Positions 29,197 to 40,125 of a stretch of 44,399 nucleotides of DNA are shown here, one piece after another. Position numbers and translations under genes: made by a program. Location of the stretch: positions 1 through 44,399 of the forward strand of contig CAZDXZ010000005.1 in assembly GCA_964509615.1 (NCBI GenBank), written 5' to 3'. How positions within the stretch are numbered: position 1 is the stretch's first letter; every line of letters begins with the position of its first letter. The notes under the pieces were generated by a model, which saw nothing but the letters and a program-made list of their open reading frames with translations, ran no database searches and had not been told where the DNA came from. This DNA comes from an uncultured Dehalococcoidales bacterium (GTDB lineage Bacteria > Chloroflexota > Dehalococcoidia > GIF9 > UBA5629).

Positions 29197-30132
29197 ATGA
29201 AAGTTGTATTTATGGGGTCACCTGCTTTTGCCCTGCCGCCGTTGCAGTCGTTAATGCTGAACAAATATGACATAAAGGCGGTATATACCCAGCCGGACAG
29301 GAAGAAAGGGCGGGGACAGCGGCTTGCCCCCTGCCCGGTCAAACAGTTTGCCGCCGGCGCCGGGTTGAACATAATACAGCCCCAGTCGTTCAAAGATCCC
29401 TCGGAGGTTGAGCTCCTGGCTGCCCTCAAACCTGACATAATAGTCGTAGCGGCATACGGCCAGATATTGCCCGACCAAGTATTGAAGATACCGCCGCACA
29501 AATGTATTAATATCCACCCGTCTCTGCTGCCTAAATACCGGGGTCCTTCGCCTGTGGCGGCAGCCATCCTCAATGGGGACACGCAGACCGGCGTCACAAT
29601 TATGTTAATAGAAAGGAAGGTCGACAGCGGGCCGGTCATTGCTCAGGTGACTGCAGATATAAGGGACAATGATACCACCGGATCGTTGACCGGCCGGTTG
29701 GCTGAAATCGGCGGCGGATTGCTGATGGATACGCTGCCGGGCTGGGTATCGGGGACGATACGGCCAATCGCACAGGATGAAAGCCAGGCCAGCTATACGC
29801 GCATGGAAAGGAAGGAGGATGGTGAGCTGGACTGGAATTGGACGGCTGTCCGGTTGTGGCACAAGGTGAGGGCCTGCAACCCCTGGCCGGGAAGCTATAT
29901 CAATTGGATGGACACGAGAATCAAGGTTATGGAAACCATCCCGCTGCCAGCCGTGGAAGAAGGCGCCGCGGGCCAGGTTGTCGAATTGCCTCGGGGAAGT
30001 GCCACGCGGGTGGCTGTCAGGACAGGTGACGGCCTGCTCGGGCTGGTCCGGATTCAACCCGAGGGTAAGCGCGAGATGACGGCAGCCGATTTTGCGGTGG
30101 GACACCGAAATTTCATCGGCAGCATCCTTTGA
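29197..30132 (+). CDS. fmt: Methionyl-tRNA formyltransferase
   Basis: FMGSPAFA, YTQPDR..GRG, VAAYGQIL, INIHPSLLPKYRG, PWPG. Confidence 0.96.
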   Translation: MKVVFMGSPAFALPPLQSLMLNKYDIKAVYTQPDRKKGRGQRLAPCPVKQFAAGAGLNIIQPQSFKDPSEVELLAALKPDIIVVAAYGQILPDQVLKIPPHKCINIHPSLLPKYRGPSPVAAAILNGDTQTGVTIMLIERKVDSGPVIAQVTADIRDNDTTGSLTGRLAEIGGGLLMDTLPGWVSGTIRPIAQDESQASYTRMERKEDGELDWNWTAVRLWHKVRACNPWPGSYINWMDTRIKVMETIPLPAVEEGAAGQVVELPRGSATRVAVRTGDGLLGLVRIQPEGKREMTAADFAVGHRNFIGSIL

Positions 30133-30195
30133 CTTAACCGCCATCGCGAAATAAACTAATAAAGTATTAATGTAATCTATGGAGAATCAGCAAGA

Positions 30196-30891
30196 ATGGT
30201 ACTTTACCTTATATTAATGGCGCCTGCCCTGATATTCATGATATATGCCCAGATCAAGGTCAAGTCCACCTACTCAAAATATTCCAAGGTCTACAACCAG
30301 AAAGGAATAACCGGCGCACAGGCTGCTATGCAGGTGCTGAGGGCCAACGGCATGTCTGATATACCGATCGAGACCATCAAAGGTAAGTTAACCGATCATT
30401 ACGATCCTTCCAAAAGGGTGCTGAGGCTATCGCCCGAAGTGGCCGGAACACCCTCTGTAGCCGCGGTTGGAATTGCACTTCATGAGGTCGGCCATGCCAT
30501 GCAGCATAAAACCAAGTATGCCATGATGGGCCTGAGGTCGGCCCTGGTGCCCGCCGCCAATATCGGCAGCACGCTCGGGTGGATTCTTGTATTCGGCGGG
30601 CTGCTGCTGATGGGACTATCGCAGGTATTCGGCGAGATGGTGGCCATAGCAGGTATACTGCTTTTTTCGGCCGCAGTGCTGTTCACGCTCATTACTTTGC
30701 CCGTCGAGTTCAATGCCAGCAGCCGGGCAAGGCAGATGATCAAGGACACCGGACTGCTGGTGGGGCCGGAATACGAAGGGGCCAGCGCGGTGCTCTCCGC
30801 CGCGGCCCTGACCTATGTGGCAGCCATGCTGCAGGCCGTAGCACAGCTTCTTTACTTTGTCTTTATGGTATTCGGCGGCAGGCGGGATTAG
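30196..30891 (+). CDS. Membrane neutral zinc metallopeptidase (YugP family)
   Basis: LTDHYDP, HEVGHA (HExxH), TLPVEFNAS.RA, VLSAAALTYVA. Confidence 0.9.
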   Translation: MVLYLILMAPALIFMIYAQIKVKSTYSKYSKVYNQKGITGAQAAMQVLRANGMSDIPIETIKGKLTDHYDPSKRVLRLSPEVAGTPSVAAVGIALHEVGHAMQHKTKYAMMGLRSALVPAANIGSTLGWILVFGGLLLMGLSQVFGEMVAIAGILLFSAAVLFTLITLPVEFNASSRARQMIKDTGLLVGPEYEGASAVLSAAALTYVAAMLQAVAQLLYFVFMVFGGRRD

Positions 30892-30899
30892 GCCGGAGC

Positions 30900-31697
30900 A
30901 TGGCCAGCGAGATATCAGGATTCAACGAGGCAGAGCTCGATAAGTTCGAGACCTTCAGGACCATCGTTGAGCGTTTACGGGGTGAGGACGGCTGTCCCTG
31001 GGACCGGCGGCAAACGCATGAATCTCTCAAGAAATACCTGATAGAGGAAAGCTATGAGGTGCTGGAGGCGATCGATAATAACAACCCGGCGGCCCTCAGT
31101 GAAGAGCTGGGAGACCTCTGGCTGCAGATAATGCTTCATTCCCAGATCGCCGGCGAAGCGGGGGAGTTTTCTCTCGAGGACGTTTTGCGCAGTATCAACA
31201 GAAAAATGATCAAGCGGCACCCGCATGTCTTCGGCGGCGAGAAGGTAGCCGACGCAGAGGAAGCGTCACTCAGCTGGCAGGAGCTTAAAGAACGTGAGAA
31301 GAACGGCAGTCAATCTCTGCTGGGGGGCATACCGGGCAGCTTACCGGCGCTGGCGTACAGCCAGACCGCTGGCCGGCGGGTGGCTGCCGTGGGTTTCGAT
31401 TGGGAGAATGAGGACGACATCATAGATAAGCTGGTAGAGGAGGTGGAGGAGCTGAAGAAAGCCGCCACGCAGGAGGAGAGGAATCACGAGTTCGGCGATG
31501 TGCTGCTGGTGCTGGCCAGCGTTGCACGCCGCATGGACGTGGACCTCGAATCTGCGCTGCGCCTGGCTAATGCTCGCTTTACACGGCGATTTCAGTACAT
31601 CGAGCAGATATGCCGCGACCGGGGTCTGGACCTGAGGGGCATGAAGCTCAGCGAGATGGATGCCATCTGGGACGAAGCCAAGAGGGAAGTGGGGTAG
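30900..31697 (+). CDS. mazG: Nucleoside triphosphate pyrophosphohydrolase MazG
   Basis: [39 protein letters not shown]; ATG 30900 with GGAG upstream. Confidence 0.94.
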   Translation: MASEISGFNEAELDKFETFRTIVERLRGEDGCPWDRRQTHESLKKYLIEESYEVLEAIDNNNPAALSEELGDLWLQIMLHSQIAGEAGEFSLEDVLRSINRKMIKRHPHVFGGEKVADAEEASLSWQELKEREKNGSQSLLGGIPGSLPALAYSQTAGRRVAAVGFDWENEDDIIDKLVEEVEELKKAATQEERNHEFGDVLLVLASVARRMDVDLESALRLANARFTRRFQYIEQICRDRGLDLRGMKLSEMDAIWDEAKREVG

Positions 31698-31707
31698 GGG
31701 GCTTGTC

Positions 31708-31784
31708 TGGTCGGGGAGAGAGGACTCGAACCTCCGACCTCAGCGTCCCGAACGCTGCGCGCTAACCAACTGCGCTACTCCCCG
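31708..31784 (-). tRNA. tRNA-Pro (CGG), CCA encoded
   Basis: Minus strand CGGGGAGTAGCGCAGTTGGTTAGCGCGCAGCGTTCGGGACGCTGAGGTCGGAGGTTCGAGTCCTCTCTCCCCGACCA; anticodon stem CAGCG/CGCTG; TTCGA T-loop. Confidence 0.97.
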
Positions 31785-31845
31785 CACGGGTTAAATATTA
31801 TAGTCGGCTTTAACTTTTAGAGCAACAATTGTAAACTTATTGGCT

Positions 31846-33036
31846 ATGAAATTTTGCATCGTCATAGCGGACGGCGCCTCCGGCTGGCCCCTTGAAGAAA
31901 GGGGAAATAAGACATGCCTCGAGCTTGCGCATACTCCCAACCTTGACCGGATGGCCCGGCAGGCGTATAGCGGCAGGGCATTGACCATACCGGCCGGTAT
32001 GGAGCCGGGCAGCGCGCCCGCGTGCATGTCTGTGCTGGGCTATGACCCCACGGTCTACTACAGGGGAAGGAGCGCCATAGAGGCGCGCAGCGTGGGTGTT
32101 CCGATTGGTCCAGCCGATGTCACATTCCGCTGCAACCTGGTTACGATTGCAGAGGGCCGGATGGTCAGCCACAGCGCCGGTCATATCTCCACCGAAGAGG
32201 CCGCCGCCATCATCGATACGCTGAACGAAAAGCTGGGCTCCGACGAGGTAAAATTCTTTCCCGGTATCAGCTACAGGCATATCCTCAGGATAAGCGGCCA
32301 TGAGGATACCCTGTCGGCTGTCTGCACGCCGCCGCACGACATAACCGATCAACAGGTGCGGGAATACCTCCCGCATGGACGTGGCAGCGAGCTTCTGTGC
32401 CAGTTGATGAAAAAATCCGAAGCCATACTGGAAGGACATCCGGTTAACCGGGAGCGGAAGAGGCAGGGCAAGCTGCCCGTGACCTCGATATGGCTATTCT
32501 GGCCCAGCGGCCGGGTGCCTGAGATGCCTTCCTTTGCGGAATTGCGCGGCCTGAGGGCATCTCTCACATCAGGCGTCGATTTGCTGCGCGGGTTGGCTAT
32601 CATGGCCGGCATTGAGGTACTGCATATCGATGGCGTCACCGACAACCTCGATAACAATTTCGCAGCCCAGGCTGACGGGGCGCTGGGAGCTCTTACAGCC
32701 GGCGACCTGACGGTCATGCACATCGAGGCGCCGGACGAGATGGGACACAGGGGATCAACAGACGACAAGATAAGGGCTATCGAATTGATCGACAGGGAGG
32801 TCATTGGCAGGCTGCTGGACTGGAAAGACGGGCAGATAAAAGCGCTCGTGATGCCGGACCACCCCACACCGATCAAGATTAAGACGCATTGCGCCGAGCC
32901 GGTTCCCTTTCTCATCTGGGGCGCAGGCGTAAAACATAATGGGGCCTCCCGCTTTACGGAAGAGGAGACCGCCCGCACCAGTATCCTGGTCGACCCGGGC
33001 TACAGACTAATGGATATATTCTTGAAGAAGAAATAA
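31846..33036 (+). CDS. apgM: Cofactor-independent phosphoglycerate mutase, ApgM family (also proposed as a homoserine kinase when adjacent to aspartate-pathway genes)
   Basis: IADGASG, TPNLD, PGS...LGYDP, FRCNLVT, TPPHDI, HIEAPDEMGH, PDHPTP. Confidence 0.85.
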   Translation: MKFCIVIADGASGWPLEERGNKTCLELAHTPNLDRMARQAYSGRALTIPAGMEPGSAPACMSVLGYDPTVYYRGRSAIEARSVGVPIGPADVTFRCNLVTIAEGRMVSHSAGHISTEEAAAIIDTLNEKLGSDEVKFFPGISYRHILRISGHEDTLSAVCTPPHDITDQQVREYLPHGRGSELLCQLMKKSEAILEGHPVNRERKRQGKLPVTSIWLFWPSGRVPEMPSFAELRGLRASLTSGVDLLRGLAIMAGIEVLHIDGVTDNLDNNFAAQADGALGALTAGDLTVMHIEAPDEMGHRGSTDDKIRAIELIDREVIGRLLDWKDGQIKALVMPDHPTPIKIKTHCAEPVPFLIWGAGVKHNGASRFTEEETARTSILVDPGYRLMDIFLKKK

Positions 33037-33057
33037 GAAAGGCAGGCAATAACAGAG

Positions 33058-34275
33058 ATGGCGATAGTAGTGCAGAAATACGGCGGCAGCTCGGTGGCCG
33101 ATGCCGACAGGATCCGCAATGTGGCGCGCAGGGTCGCGGCGTCGTTTAAGAAGGGCAACAAAGTGGTCGTAGTGGTATCTGCCATGGGTGATACTACGGA
33201 CGACCTTATCGAGCTGGCCAACAAGATTAACCCGAATCCCGAACCCCGGGAGATGGACCTGCTGCTTTCCACGGGCGAGATAGTTTCCAGCACGCTGCTA
33301 GCCATGGCGCTGCACGCCATGGGCCGCAACGCGATAGCCCTCAGCGGACAGCAGGCCGGGATTTCAACCGACTCGGCCTTCAGCCGTGCCAGGATAACCG
33401 GTGTGGCGCCTGAGCGGATTATAAAGGAGCTGGATAAGGGCAATATCGTTATCGTTGCCGGTTTTCAGGGGATCACTCCCGACAATGATATCGCAACGCT
33501 GGGCAGGGGAGGCTCGGACACAACTGCAGTAGCCCTGGCAGCCAGCCTGAAAGCCAGGGTGTGTGAGATTTACACTGACGTGGAAGGGGTTTACACGGCG
33601 GACCCGCGGGTGGTGCCGGAGGCGCGCAAACTGGACGAGATAGGTTATGAGGAGATGCTGGAGATGGCTACCTCAGGCGCCAAGGTGATGCACCACAGGT
33701 CGGTGGAGCTGGGCCAGGTATTCAACATACCCATACTGGTGGCCTCCAGTATGGTGGAGAAGCCCGGCACGATTATTCACGGAGGAAAAAACATGGAACA
33801 GAAGAATAAGGTAAGGGGCATTGCCCACGATATGGATGTGGCCAAGATCACCATAACCGGCGTGCCCGACCGGCCCGGTGTGGCGGCTGCCATATTTATG
33901 CCTCTGGCCAAAGCCGGCGTAAGCGTGGACACCATAGTTCAGAACGCCAGCGCCAATAATATCACGGACCTCACCTTCACCATTATTAAAAAGGACATCC
34001 CCAAGGCCATGAAGATAATTGCCCCTGTTGCCAGGAAAATAGGCGCCAAAGAATGCCTCAGCGACAAAAAACTGGGCAAGGTCTCGATAATCGGCACCGG
34101 TATGCAGAATACGCCCGGCTACGCAGCCAAAATGTTCCGGACGCTATTTGAAAGGGATATCAACATACAGCTGATAACGACTTCCGAGATACGTATCACC
34201 TGCATTATAGCCGAGGATAAGGTCAAGGACGCCGTTAAAGCGCTGCACAAAGCCTTCGATCTGGATAAGGGGTAG
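33058..34275 (+). CDS. lysC: Aspartate kinase (alpha subunit, two ACT domains)
   Basis: VQKYGGSSV, VVVVSAMG, TLGRGGSDTTA, YTDVEGVYTADPR, TSEIRI. Confidence 0.96.
   Translation: MAIVVQKYGGSSVADADRIRNVARRVAASFKKGNKVVVVVSAMGDTTDDLIELANKINPNPEPREMDLLLSTGEIVSSTLLAMALHAMGRNAIALSGQQAGISTDSAFSRARITGVAPERIIKELDKGNIVIVAGFQGITPDNDIATLGRGGSDTTAVALAASLKARVCEIYTDVEGVYTADPRVVPEARKLDEIGYEEMLEMATSGAKVMHHRSVELGQVFNIPILVASSMVEKPGTIIHGGKNMEQKNKVRGIAHDMDVAKITITGVPDRPGVAAAIFMPLAKAGVSVDTIVQNASANNITDLTFTIIKKDIPKAMKIIAPVARKIGAKECLSDKKLGKVSIIGTGMQNTPGYAAKMFRTLFERDINIQLITTSEIRITCIIAEDKVKDAVKALHKAFDLDKG
33793..34275 (+). CDS. Probable in-frame aspartate kinase beta (regulatory) subunit
   Basis: GGAGG at 33781-33785 followed by in-frame ATG 33793 (Met246, MEQKNKVRG), just before the ACT domains. 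Confidence 0.7.
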   Translation: MEQKNKVRGIAHDMDVAKITITGVPDRPGVAAAIFMPLAKAGVSVDTIVQNASANNITDLTFTIIKKDIPKAMKIIAPVARKIGAKECLSDKKLGKVSIIGTGMQNTPGYAAKMFRTLFERDINIQLITTSEIRITCIIAEDKVKDAVKALHKAFDLDKG

Positions 34276-34280
34276 GGTGG

Positions 34281-34499
34281 CTATACACCCACGACTTCTT
34301 TAACTGCGGGGATCTTTTCTTTAAGGAATCGCTCGATACCCTTTTTCAGTGTCATAGTAGACATCGGGCAGCCGGAGCAGGCGCCCTTTAGCTTCACGCT
34401 GACTACCCCGTCCTTAACATCCACCAGTTCAACGTCGCCGCCGTCTGCCTGAAGGCTGGGGCGGATAACATTTAACACTTCCTGAACCTGATCTTTCAT
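34281..34499 (-). CDS. NifU/NfuA C-terminal-domain Fe-S carrier
   Basis: [31 protein letters not shown]. Confidence 0.92.
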   Translation of the reverse strand: MKDQVQEVLNVIRPSLQADGGDVELVDVKDGVVSVKLKGACSGCPMSTMTLKKGIERFLKEKIPAVKEVVGV

Positions 34500-34749
34500 G
34501 AATGCACCTTCTTATTGACTTAATTTAATTTACGTGGTAATTTAGCACCGCTTGAAAAGCCGTGTCAAATTCACGGATGACCTCAAGTATATGCGTGAGA
34601 GCGGGTCTGTGAAATGACTAAAATCACACGGGGCCCGCAGCGAGCGATATTGAAGACTGACGGATTTGCCTTTGATCAGGATTTGGTATTAAATAAAATG
34701 ATTGCAAAAGGCGTAAAAGGACATACGTTTCAAGAAGAGGATATTGCCA

Positions 34750-35595
34750 ATGCCCGAACGTGAAGAAGAGAAAGCCAGGATATGGCGTGGGCGCATCCAG
34801 GAGGCCATAAAGATGGCTACCGAGAACCGCTGGCAGGAGGCTGTCGCCGCCAACCAGGGTATTATCGAGGTCTTCCCTGCGGATGTGGACGCCTACAATC
34901 GCCTGGGACGCGCCTATATGGAGCTGGGCGAGTACAAGAAAGCCAAGGATGCCTACAGCAAATCCATCGAGCTGTCCCCCGGCAATATCATAGCCAGAAA
35001 GAACCTCGACCGGCTGGCCCTGCTTAAAGGCACCAAGATAGCAGGAGTAAAAAGAGAGAAAGCCAAGCCCAGCGATTTCATCGCCGACGTCGGCAAATAC
35101 GGCATTGTCAGCCTGCTTGATCCGGCTCCCCAGTCTGTGCTGCTTAAGCTGACACCGGGGGAGAAGGTCTTTCTGGATACCAGGAACCAGGATACCATTG
35201 TTAAGAACGACCGGGGTGAATACCTGGGAGTGATAGAGCCGGAACACGGGCTGCGCCTGGCCAAGCTGCTAAACGGCGGGAATAAATACATTGCAGCTAT
35301 TGTCAGCCTTGACCATGATCACGGCAAGGTCAAGGTTATAATACGTGAGACATTCCAGCATCCCAGCCAGGCCGGCCGACTATCTTTTCCCATCCGTGTC
35401 ACGGAGGCCTATCCTGCGCATGTTAAAGATAATCTGCTCAGGCACAGCACGGGAGAGGAAGAAGGGCTGGAGGAGGCCGAATACAGCGAGTCGGAAGATA
35501 CCGAGTCAGTCCCCGAGGGGTTCTCGATTTATGAAGGGTACACGGCTACAGAAGACCTGCAGCGTCTCGACAACAGCTTCGGCGACGAGGAGTAG
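34750..35595 (+). CDS. TPR protein with HIRAN-like C-terminal region and acidic tail
   Basis: TPR-like [23 protein letters not shown]; ATG 34750 (or TTG 34744) with AGAGG upstream; stop 2 nt before gyrA. Confidence 0.7.
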   Translation: MPEREEEKARIWRGRIQEAIKMATENRWQEAVAANQGIIEVFPADVDAYNRLGRAYMELGEYKKAKDAYSKSIELSPGNIIARKNLDRLALLKGTKIAGVKREKAKPSDFIADVGKYGIVSLLDPAPQSVLLKLTPGEKVFLDTRNQDTIVKNDRGEYLGVIEPEHGLRLAKLLNGGNKYIAAIVSLDHDHGKVKVIIRETFQHPSQAGRLSFPIRVTEAYPAHVKDNLLRHSTGEEEGLEEAEYSESEDTESVPEGFSIYEGYTATEDLQRLDNSFGDEE

Positions 35596-35597
35596 AA

Positions 35598-38174
35598 ATG
35601 GAATTAGGATTATCTATCAAGCCCATCGGTATTGAAGACGAGATGAAACGCTCGTACCTGGATTACGCAATGAGCGTTATAGTGTCTCGTGCCCTGCCCG
35701 ATGTGCGCGACGGACTCAAGCCGGTTCACCGGCGCATACTGTTCGCCATGCACGAGCTGAACATGCGCTACAACGCCCCCTACAAGAAGAGTGCGCGCAT
35801 CGTCGGCGAGGTGCTGGGTAAATACCATCCGCACGGTGATTCCTCGGTTTATGACGCTATGGTGAGGATGGCCCAGGACTTCTCCATGCGTTACCGCCTG
35901 GTGGACGGCCAGGGAAACTTCGGCAGCATCGATGACGACCCCCCGGCAGCCATGCGTTACACGGAGGCAAGGCTGACCCGGATCGCTGATGAGATGCTGC
36001 TGGATATAGACAAGGAAACGATCGACTTCATCCCGAACTTCGACGACAGCCTTAAAGAGCCGTCGGTGCTGCCTGCTCGGATGCCGAACCTGCTGGTCAA
36101 CGGTTCCTCCGGCATAGCAGTGGGTATGGCCACCAATATCCCACCGCACAATCTTTCGGAGATTTGCGACGCCATTAGTTATTTAATCGAAAACCCCGAA
36201 GCCTCGGTTGAAGAATTGATGAAGTTTGTAAAAGGGCCCGATTTCCCCACGGCCGGTATTATCTGTGGCGTGGAGGGCATTAAAAACGCCTACGCAGCCG
36301 GTCAGGGCAAGGTAGTGCTGAGGGCCCGAGTCGTGGAAGAGTCGACCAAGGCCGGCAAGATGCAGCTGATCGTCACCGAGCTGCCCTACCAGACCAACAA
36401 GGCCGAACTGGTCAAAAAGATCGCCGAGCTGGCCCGCGATAAGAAAATAGAGGGCATCAGCGACGTACGCGACGAGTCGGACCGGCAGGGCATGCGCCTG
36501 GTGATAGGCCTGCGCAAGGATGCTCACCCGGCCAAGGTACAGAACAATCTGTTTAAGTTCACATCCATGCAGACAGCCTTCTTCATCAATATGATCGCTC
36601 TGGTGGAAGGGCAGCCGCGTGTAATCAACCTTAAGGACGCACTGCAGTGCTACGTGGCATTCCGAACGGAAGTAATCACGCGAAGGACCCAGTACGACCT
36701 GCAGAAGGCTAAAGAGCGGGCGCATATCCTGGAGGGCTTTAAGATCGCCCTTGACCATCTGGATGCCGTGATCAAGACCATCCGTGAATCTGAAACAGCC
36801 GATACGGCGCGTACCAACCTGATGACCGAGTTTTCCCTCAGCCAGCTGCAGGCGCAGGCAATCCTGGAGATGCAGCTGCGCCGCCTGGCCAACCTTGAAC
36901 GTAAAAAGATACTGGATGAATATAAGGACGTCCTGAAGACCATACACTACCTCGAGGACCTGCTGGCCAATCCCGACAAAATACTGAAGCTGATCCAGCA
37001 GGATGTGATGGAGCTCAAGACGAAACACGGGGACAAGCGCCGCACAGTTATCACCAAAGACGAGGCCGGACAATTCCAGGTGGAAGACCTCATTCCACAT
37101 ATGGATGTGATCGTGACGCTGAGCGAGCAGGGTTATATCAAACGCATCCCGGCCGACGTGTTTCGCAAGCAGCTGCGCGGCGGGCGCGGCGTGAAGGGCA
37201 TGGTAACGCGTGACAGCGACGACGTCATGAGTTCAATGTCCGCCGATACGCATGATAACCTGCTGTTCTTCACCAACCGCGGCAGGGTTTTCAAGATGAA
37301 ATGCCACGAGATACCGCAGGACGTCTCCCGAACCACCAAGGGTATCAACATTATAAATTTGATACCCATCGAGGCCAAGGAGAAGGTCACAGCCATGTTC
37401 GTGCCGGAGAAGACCGACCCCGGCCTGTTTATGCTGCTGGCCACTTCCAAGGGCATTGTGAAGAAGACAGGATTGAGCAGTTTTATCGACGTGCGCCGCA
37501 GCGGCCTGATTGCCATGAAGCTGAAGAACGACGAAGAGCTGATCGGTGTGGACGTTGTGTCTGATTCCGACAAGATAATGCTGGTCAGTCGCAACGGTCA
37601 GGCTGTGAAATTCGCCGTGGCGCCTCTGCGTAACGCCTCGCGCACCAGCGGTGGCGTGCGGGGGATAAAGCTGAATAAGGGCGATATTGCAGTCAGCATG
37701 GGCACTGTCCAGGCGAGCGCCGACCTGATCACGGTCACCGAAAACGGCTATGGTAAAAAGACCAGGGTGGAGAAGTTCCCCCTGCACGGCCGGGGTGGGA
37801 AAGGCGTGCTGGCCCATAAAGTTAATACCAAGACAGGCAAGGTCATCGCAGCCAAGTTTGTGCCGCCCGGTTACGAGCTGTTTATAACAACGGCCAATGG
37901 CGTGCAGCTCCGGATTAACGTGGATGTCGCTAAGGAGACCAAGGTATCGGTAGAGGGTGAAAAGAAGAAGAGGCGCGAGGGTGTGCCGGTCAAGGGCCGC
38001 ATCACGCAGGGCGTAATGCTGTCCCGGCTGGATGAAGGCGACCGCGTGGTGTCCATCGCCTTGGTGGAGAAAGAGAATCCGGAGGAACAGGCCGCCAGAG
38101 AGACGCGCGCCATCACTACCTCACCTCCCAAGCCTATGGTCGCAGGCCAGCAGGAACTGCCGTTCGCCTCGTAA
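35598..38174 (+). CDS. gyrA: DNA gyrase subunit A
   Basis: [37 protein letters not shown] (catalytic Tyr), GyrA box QLRGGRG. Confidence 0.97.
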   Translation: MELGLSIKPIGIEDEMKRSYLDYAMSVIVSRALPDVRDGLKPVHRRILFAMHELNMRYNAPYKKSARIVGEVLGKYHPHGDSSVYDAMVRMAQDFSMRYRLVDGQGNFGSIDDDPPAAMRYTEARLTRIADEMLLDIDKETIDFIPNFDDSLKEPSVLPARMPNLLVNGSSGIAVGMATNIPPHNLSEICDAISYLIENPEASVEELMKFVKGPDFPTAGIICGVEGIKNAYAAGQGKVVLRARVVEESTKAGKMQLIVTELPYQTNKAELVKKIAELARDKKIEGISDVRDESDRQGMRLVIGLRKDAHPAKVQNNLFKFTSMQTAFFINMIALVEGQPRVINLKDALQCYVAFRTEVITRRTQYDLQKAKERAHILEGFKIALDHLDAVIKTIRESETADTARTNLMTEFSLSQLQAQAILEMQLRRLANLERKKILDEYKDVLKTIHYLEDLLANPDKILKLIQQDVMELKTKHGDKRRTVITKDEAGQFQVEDLIPHMDVIVTLSEQGYIKRIPADVFRKQLRGGRGVKGMVTRDSDDVMSSMSADTHDNLLFFTNRGRVFKMKCHEIPQDVSRTTKGINIINLIPIEAKEKVTAMFVPEKTDPGLFMLLATSKGIVKKTGLSSFIDVRRSGLIAMKLKNDEELIGVDVVSDSDKIMLVSRNGQAVKFAVAPLRNASRTSGGVRGIKLNKGDIAVSMGTVQASADLITVTENGYGKKTRVEKFPLHGRGGKGVLAHKVNTKTGKVIAAKFVPPGYELFITTANGVQLRINVDVAKETKVSVEGEKKKRREGVPVKGRITQGVMLSRLDEGDRVVSIALVEKENPEEQAARETRAITTSPPKPMVAGQQELPFAS

Positions 38175-38239
38175 ACTCCCGCCGGCTGCCATGTTGCCTG
38201 TAAGCCCGCAGTGATCCTGCAGTATTTAGGAGGTTTGTT

Positions 38240-38935
38240 ATGAAGCTGGTCTTTATACATGGGTCCGGCGCCTGCGGTGATGTATGGATGCTGCAGAAGC
38301 AGCATTTTACCGATGCCGATACGCCCGACCTACCCGGTCATCCCCGCGGCGAGATTTGCACCAGTATCGAAGCCTATACCGATTGGCTGCACGGCTATTT
38401 CCAGGAAAAGGAGTATAGCGATGTAGTGCTGGCCGGACACTCGCTGGGAGGAGGTATTGCGCTTATGCACGCGCTCAAGTACCCGGGTGACCTGAAAGGG
38501 ATCATCCTGATCGGTTCCGGCGCACGCCTGAGGGTATTGCCGTTGATCCTGGAGCTCGTGGGGGGCAAGCTGAATGATACGCAGGGCTGGATTAAAGAGA
38601 TCATTGAGCCGCTTCACGGCACGATTGATGAAAAGGTACGCCAGACACTCATGCCGAGATTAACCGAAGTGGGACCTGCTGCCCAGCTCACCGATTTTCG
38701 CTGCTGCGATAAGTTCGACATAATGGGTAAGGTGGGGGAGATTAAACTGCCGGTGCTCTGCATCGTGGGCGACCAGGACAACATGACGCCGCCCAAGTAT
38801 TCCCAATATCTTGCCGGTAAAATGCCGGACTGCCGTGTGAGCATAATCGAGGGCGGCACGCACCTGGCTTTCCTGGAGAAGCCGGCGGAAGTTAACCGCG
38901 CCATCGAGAGTTTCATTAAACAGATAGCTACATAG
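38240..38935 (+). CDS. Alpha/beta-fold hydrolase
   Basis: FIHGSG, DLPGH, nucleophile elbow GHSLGG, GDQD, GTH; GGAGG RBS. Confidence 0.88.
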   Translation: MKLVFIHGSGACGDVWMLQKQHFTDADTPDLPGHPRGEICTSIEAYTDWLHGYFQEKEYSDVVLAGHSLGGGIALMHALKYPGDLKGIILIGSGARLRVLPLILELVGGKLNDTQGWIKEIIEPLHGTIDEKVRQTLMPRLTEVGPAAQLTDFRCCDKFDIMGKVGEIKLPVLCIVGDQDNMTPPKYSQYLAGKMPDCRVSIIEGGTHLAFLEKPAEVNRAIESFIKQIAT

Positions 38936-38947
38936 GTCGACGGATCA

Positions 38948-40069
38948 ATGATGAAAGGGTCGCTGCGCATCGCCCGCATCGCCGGCATAGATATCGGCAT
39001 ACACTACACGTGGATTATTATCTTCATCCTGATCTGCTGGTCACTGGCGGTGGGCTATTTCCCGGTCGAGTATCCGGGCTGGGAAGGGTGGATATACTGG
39101 ACGACGGCCGCGGTAGCGGCGCTGCTGCTCTTTGTCTCGGTTCTTGTGCATGAGCTGGCGCACTCCCTGGTAGCCATATCCCGGGGGGTGCCGGTCAAGA
39201 GCATAACGCTCTTTTTACTGGGCGGCCTCAGCAACCTGGAAGCTGAGCCGGAGAAGCCGGGGATAGAGTTCGCCATCGCCATTGTCGGCCCCATCACCAG
39301 CGTAGCGCTGGCCGGCCTGTTCTGGGCGCTGGATTTCACCGGACTGGCGGTTGAAGGGCCTGTCAGGGCCACGGTAGTCTACATGATGGAAATCAATGTA
39401 CTGCTGGCCGCGTTCAACATACTGCCCGGTTTTCCCCTTGATGGCGGCCGTGTCCTGCGGGCGATTATCTGGGGCGCAACCAGCGACCTGAGAAAGGCTA
39501 CTAATATCGCCACTGCCATCGGCCAGGTATTCGGATGGGCCATGATAGCCTGGGGGATATTCTGGGCGCTGACCGATAATATCATGGGCGGTGTGTGGCT
39601 GGTCTTTATCGGCTGGTTTCTCAACAGCGCTGCCGAAGCTTCCAGGCGGGAGATGGAGCTGCGGGCGATCTGGTTGAATGTGAAGGTGGTCAGCGTAATG
39701 AATGACCGGCCCGAGACGGTGGAGAGCGGCTCAAACGTCGAAGTGCTGGTCAACGACGTTTACGTTAAAAAGGGCATCAGATCAGCGGCCGTGGTTGACG
39801 ATGGCAGGCTGCTGGGCATCGTCACATTTGCCGATATCAAGAAATTGGCGCCCGCGGCATGGCGGACTACGACGGTATCCAGAATTATGACGCCTCAGCC
39901 GCTGAAGACGGTAGGTCCCGGCGATAACATGAAAACAGCTGTGCGCCTCATGGCGGAGAATGGACTGAACCAGTTGCCGGTGGTGATAGAGGAGCGCCTG
40001 GTGGGTATGCTGAACCGCGCCGATATCATCCGGTATGTGCAGATTCACCACGAACTGGGCAAGACATGA
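38948..40069 (+). CDS. Site-2 (M50) membrane metalloprotease with two CBS domains
   Basis: HELAH, GPITS, FNILPGFPLDGGR, C-terminal CBS pair. Confidence 0.92.
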   Translation: MMKGSLRIARIAGIDIGIHYTWIIIFILICWSLAVGYFPVEYPGWEGWIYWTTAAVAALLLFVSVLVHELAHSLVAISRGVPVKSITLFLLGGLSNLEAEPEKPGIEFAIAIVGPITSVALAGLFWALDFTGLAVEGPVRATVVYMMEINVLLAAFNILPGFPLDGGRVLRAIIWGATSDLRKATNIATAIGQVFGWAMIAWGIFWALTDNIMGGVWLVFIGWFLNSAAEASRREMELRAIWLNVKVVSVMNDRPETVESGSNVEVLVNDVYVKKGIRSAAVVDDGRLLGIVTFADIKKLAPAAWRTTTVSRIMTPQPLKTVGPGDNMKTAVRLMAENGLNQLPVVIEERLVGMLNRADIIRYVQIHHELGKT

Positions 40070-40125
40070 CCGTCATCCGGCAATGAGGCGTGGATTTTCG
40101 AAGCCCGCCGCGACCGGTTGCAGAT

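Noticed and set aside
30579-30899. Apparent N-terminal extension of MazG (372-aa ORF)
   Set aside because: Overlaps the peptidase gene in another frame; MazG homology and an RBS begin at ATG 30900.
31698-31845. tRNA-Pro as a genomic-island integration site
   Set aside because: No integrase, no duplicated tRNA 3' end seen, and the flanks are housekeeping genes.
34500-34743. Possible ncRNA or riboswitch in the nifU-TPR intergenic region
   Set aside because: Explained by divergent promoters (minus-strand TTGACA-N18-TAAATT); no RNA family motif recognised. An Rfam search would settle it.
36183-37100. 305-aa minus-strand ORF and similar ORFs inside gyrA/gyrB
   Set aside because: Antisense shadows of highly conserved genes.
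37780-38174. Second GyrA-box-like motif (HGRGGKG) and basic insert in the GyrA C-terminal domain
   Set aside because: Degenerate box repeats in pinwheel blades and variable tails are common; too weak to call novel.
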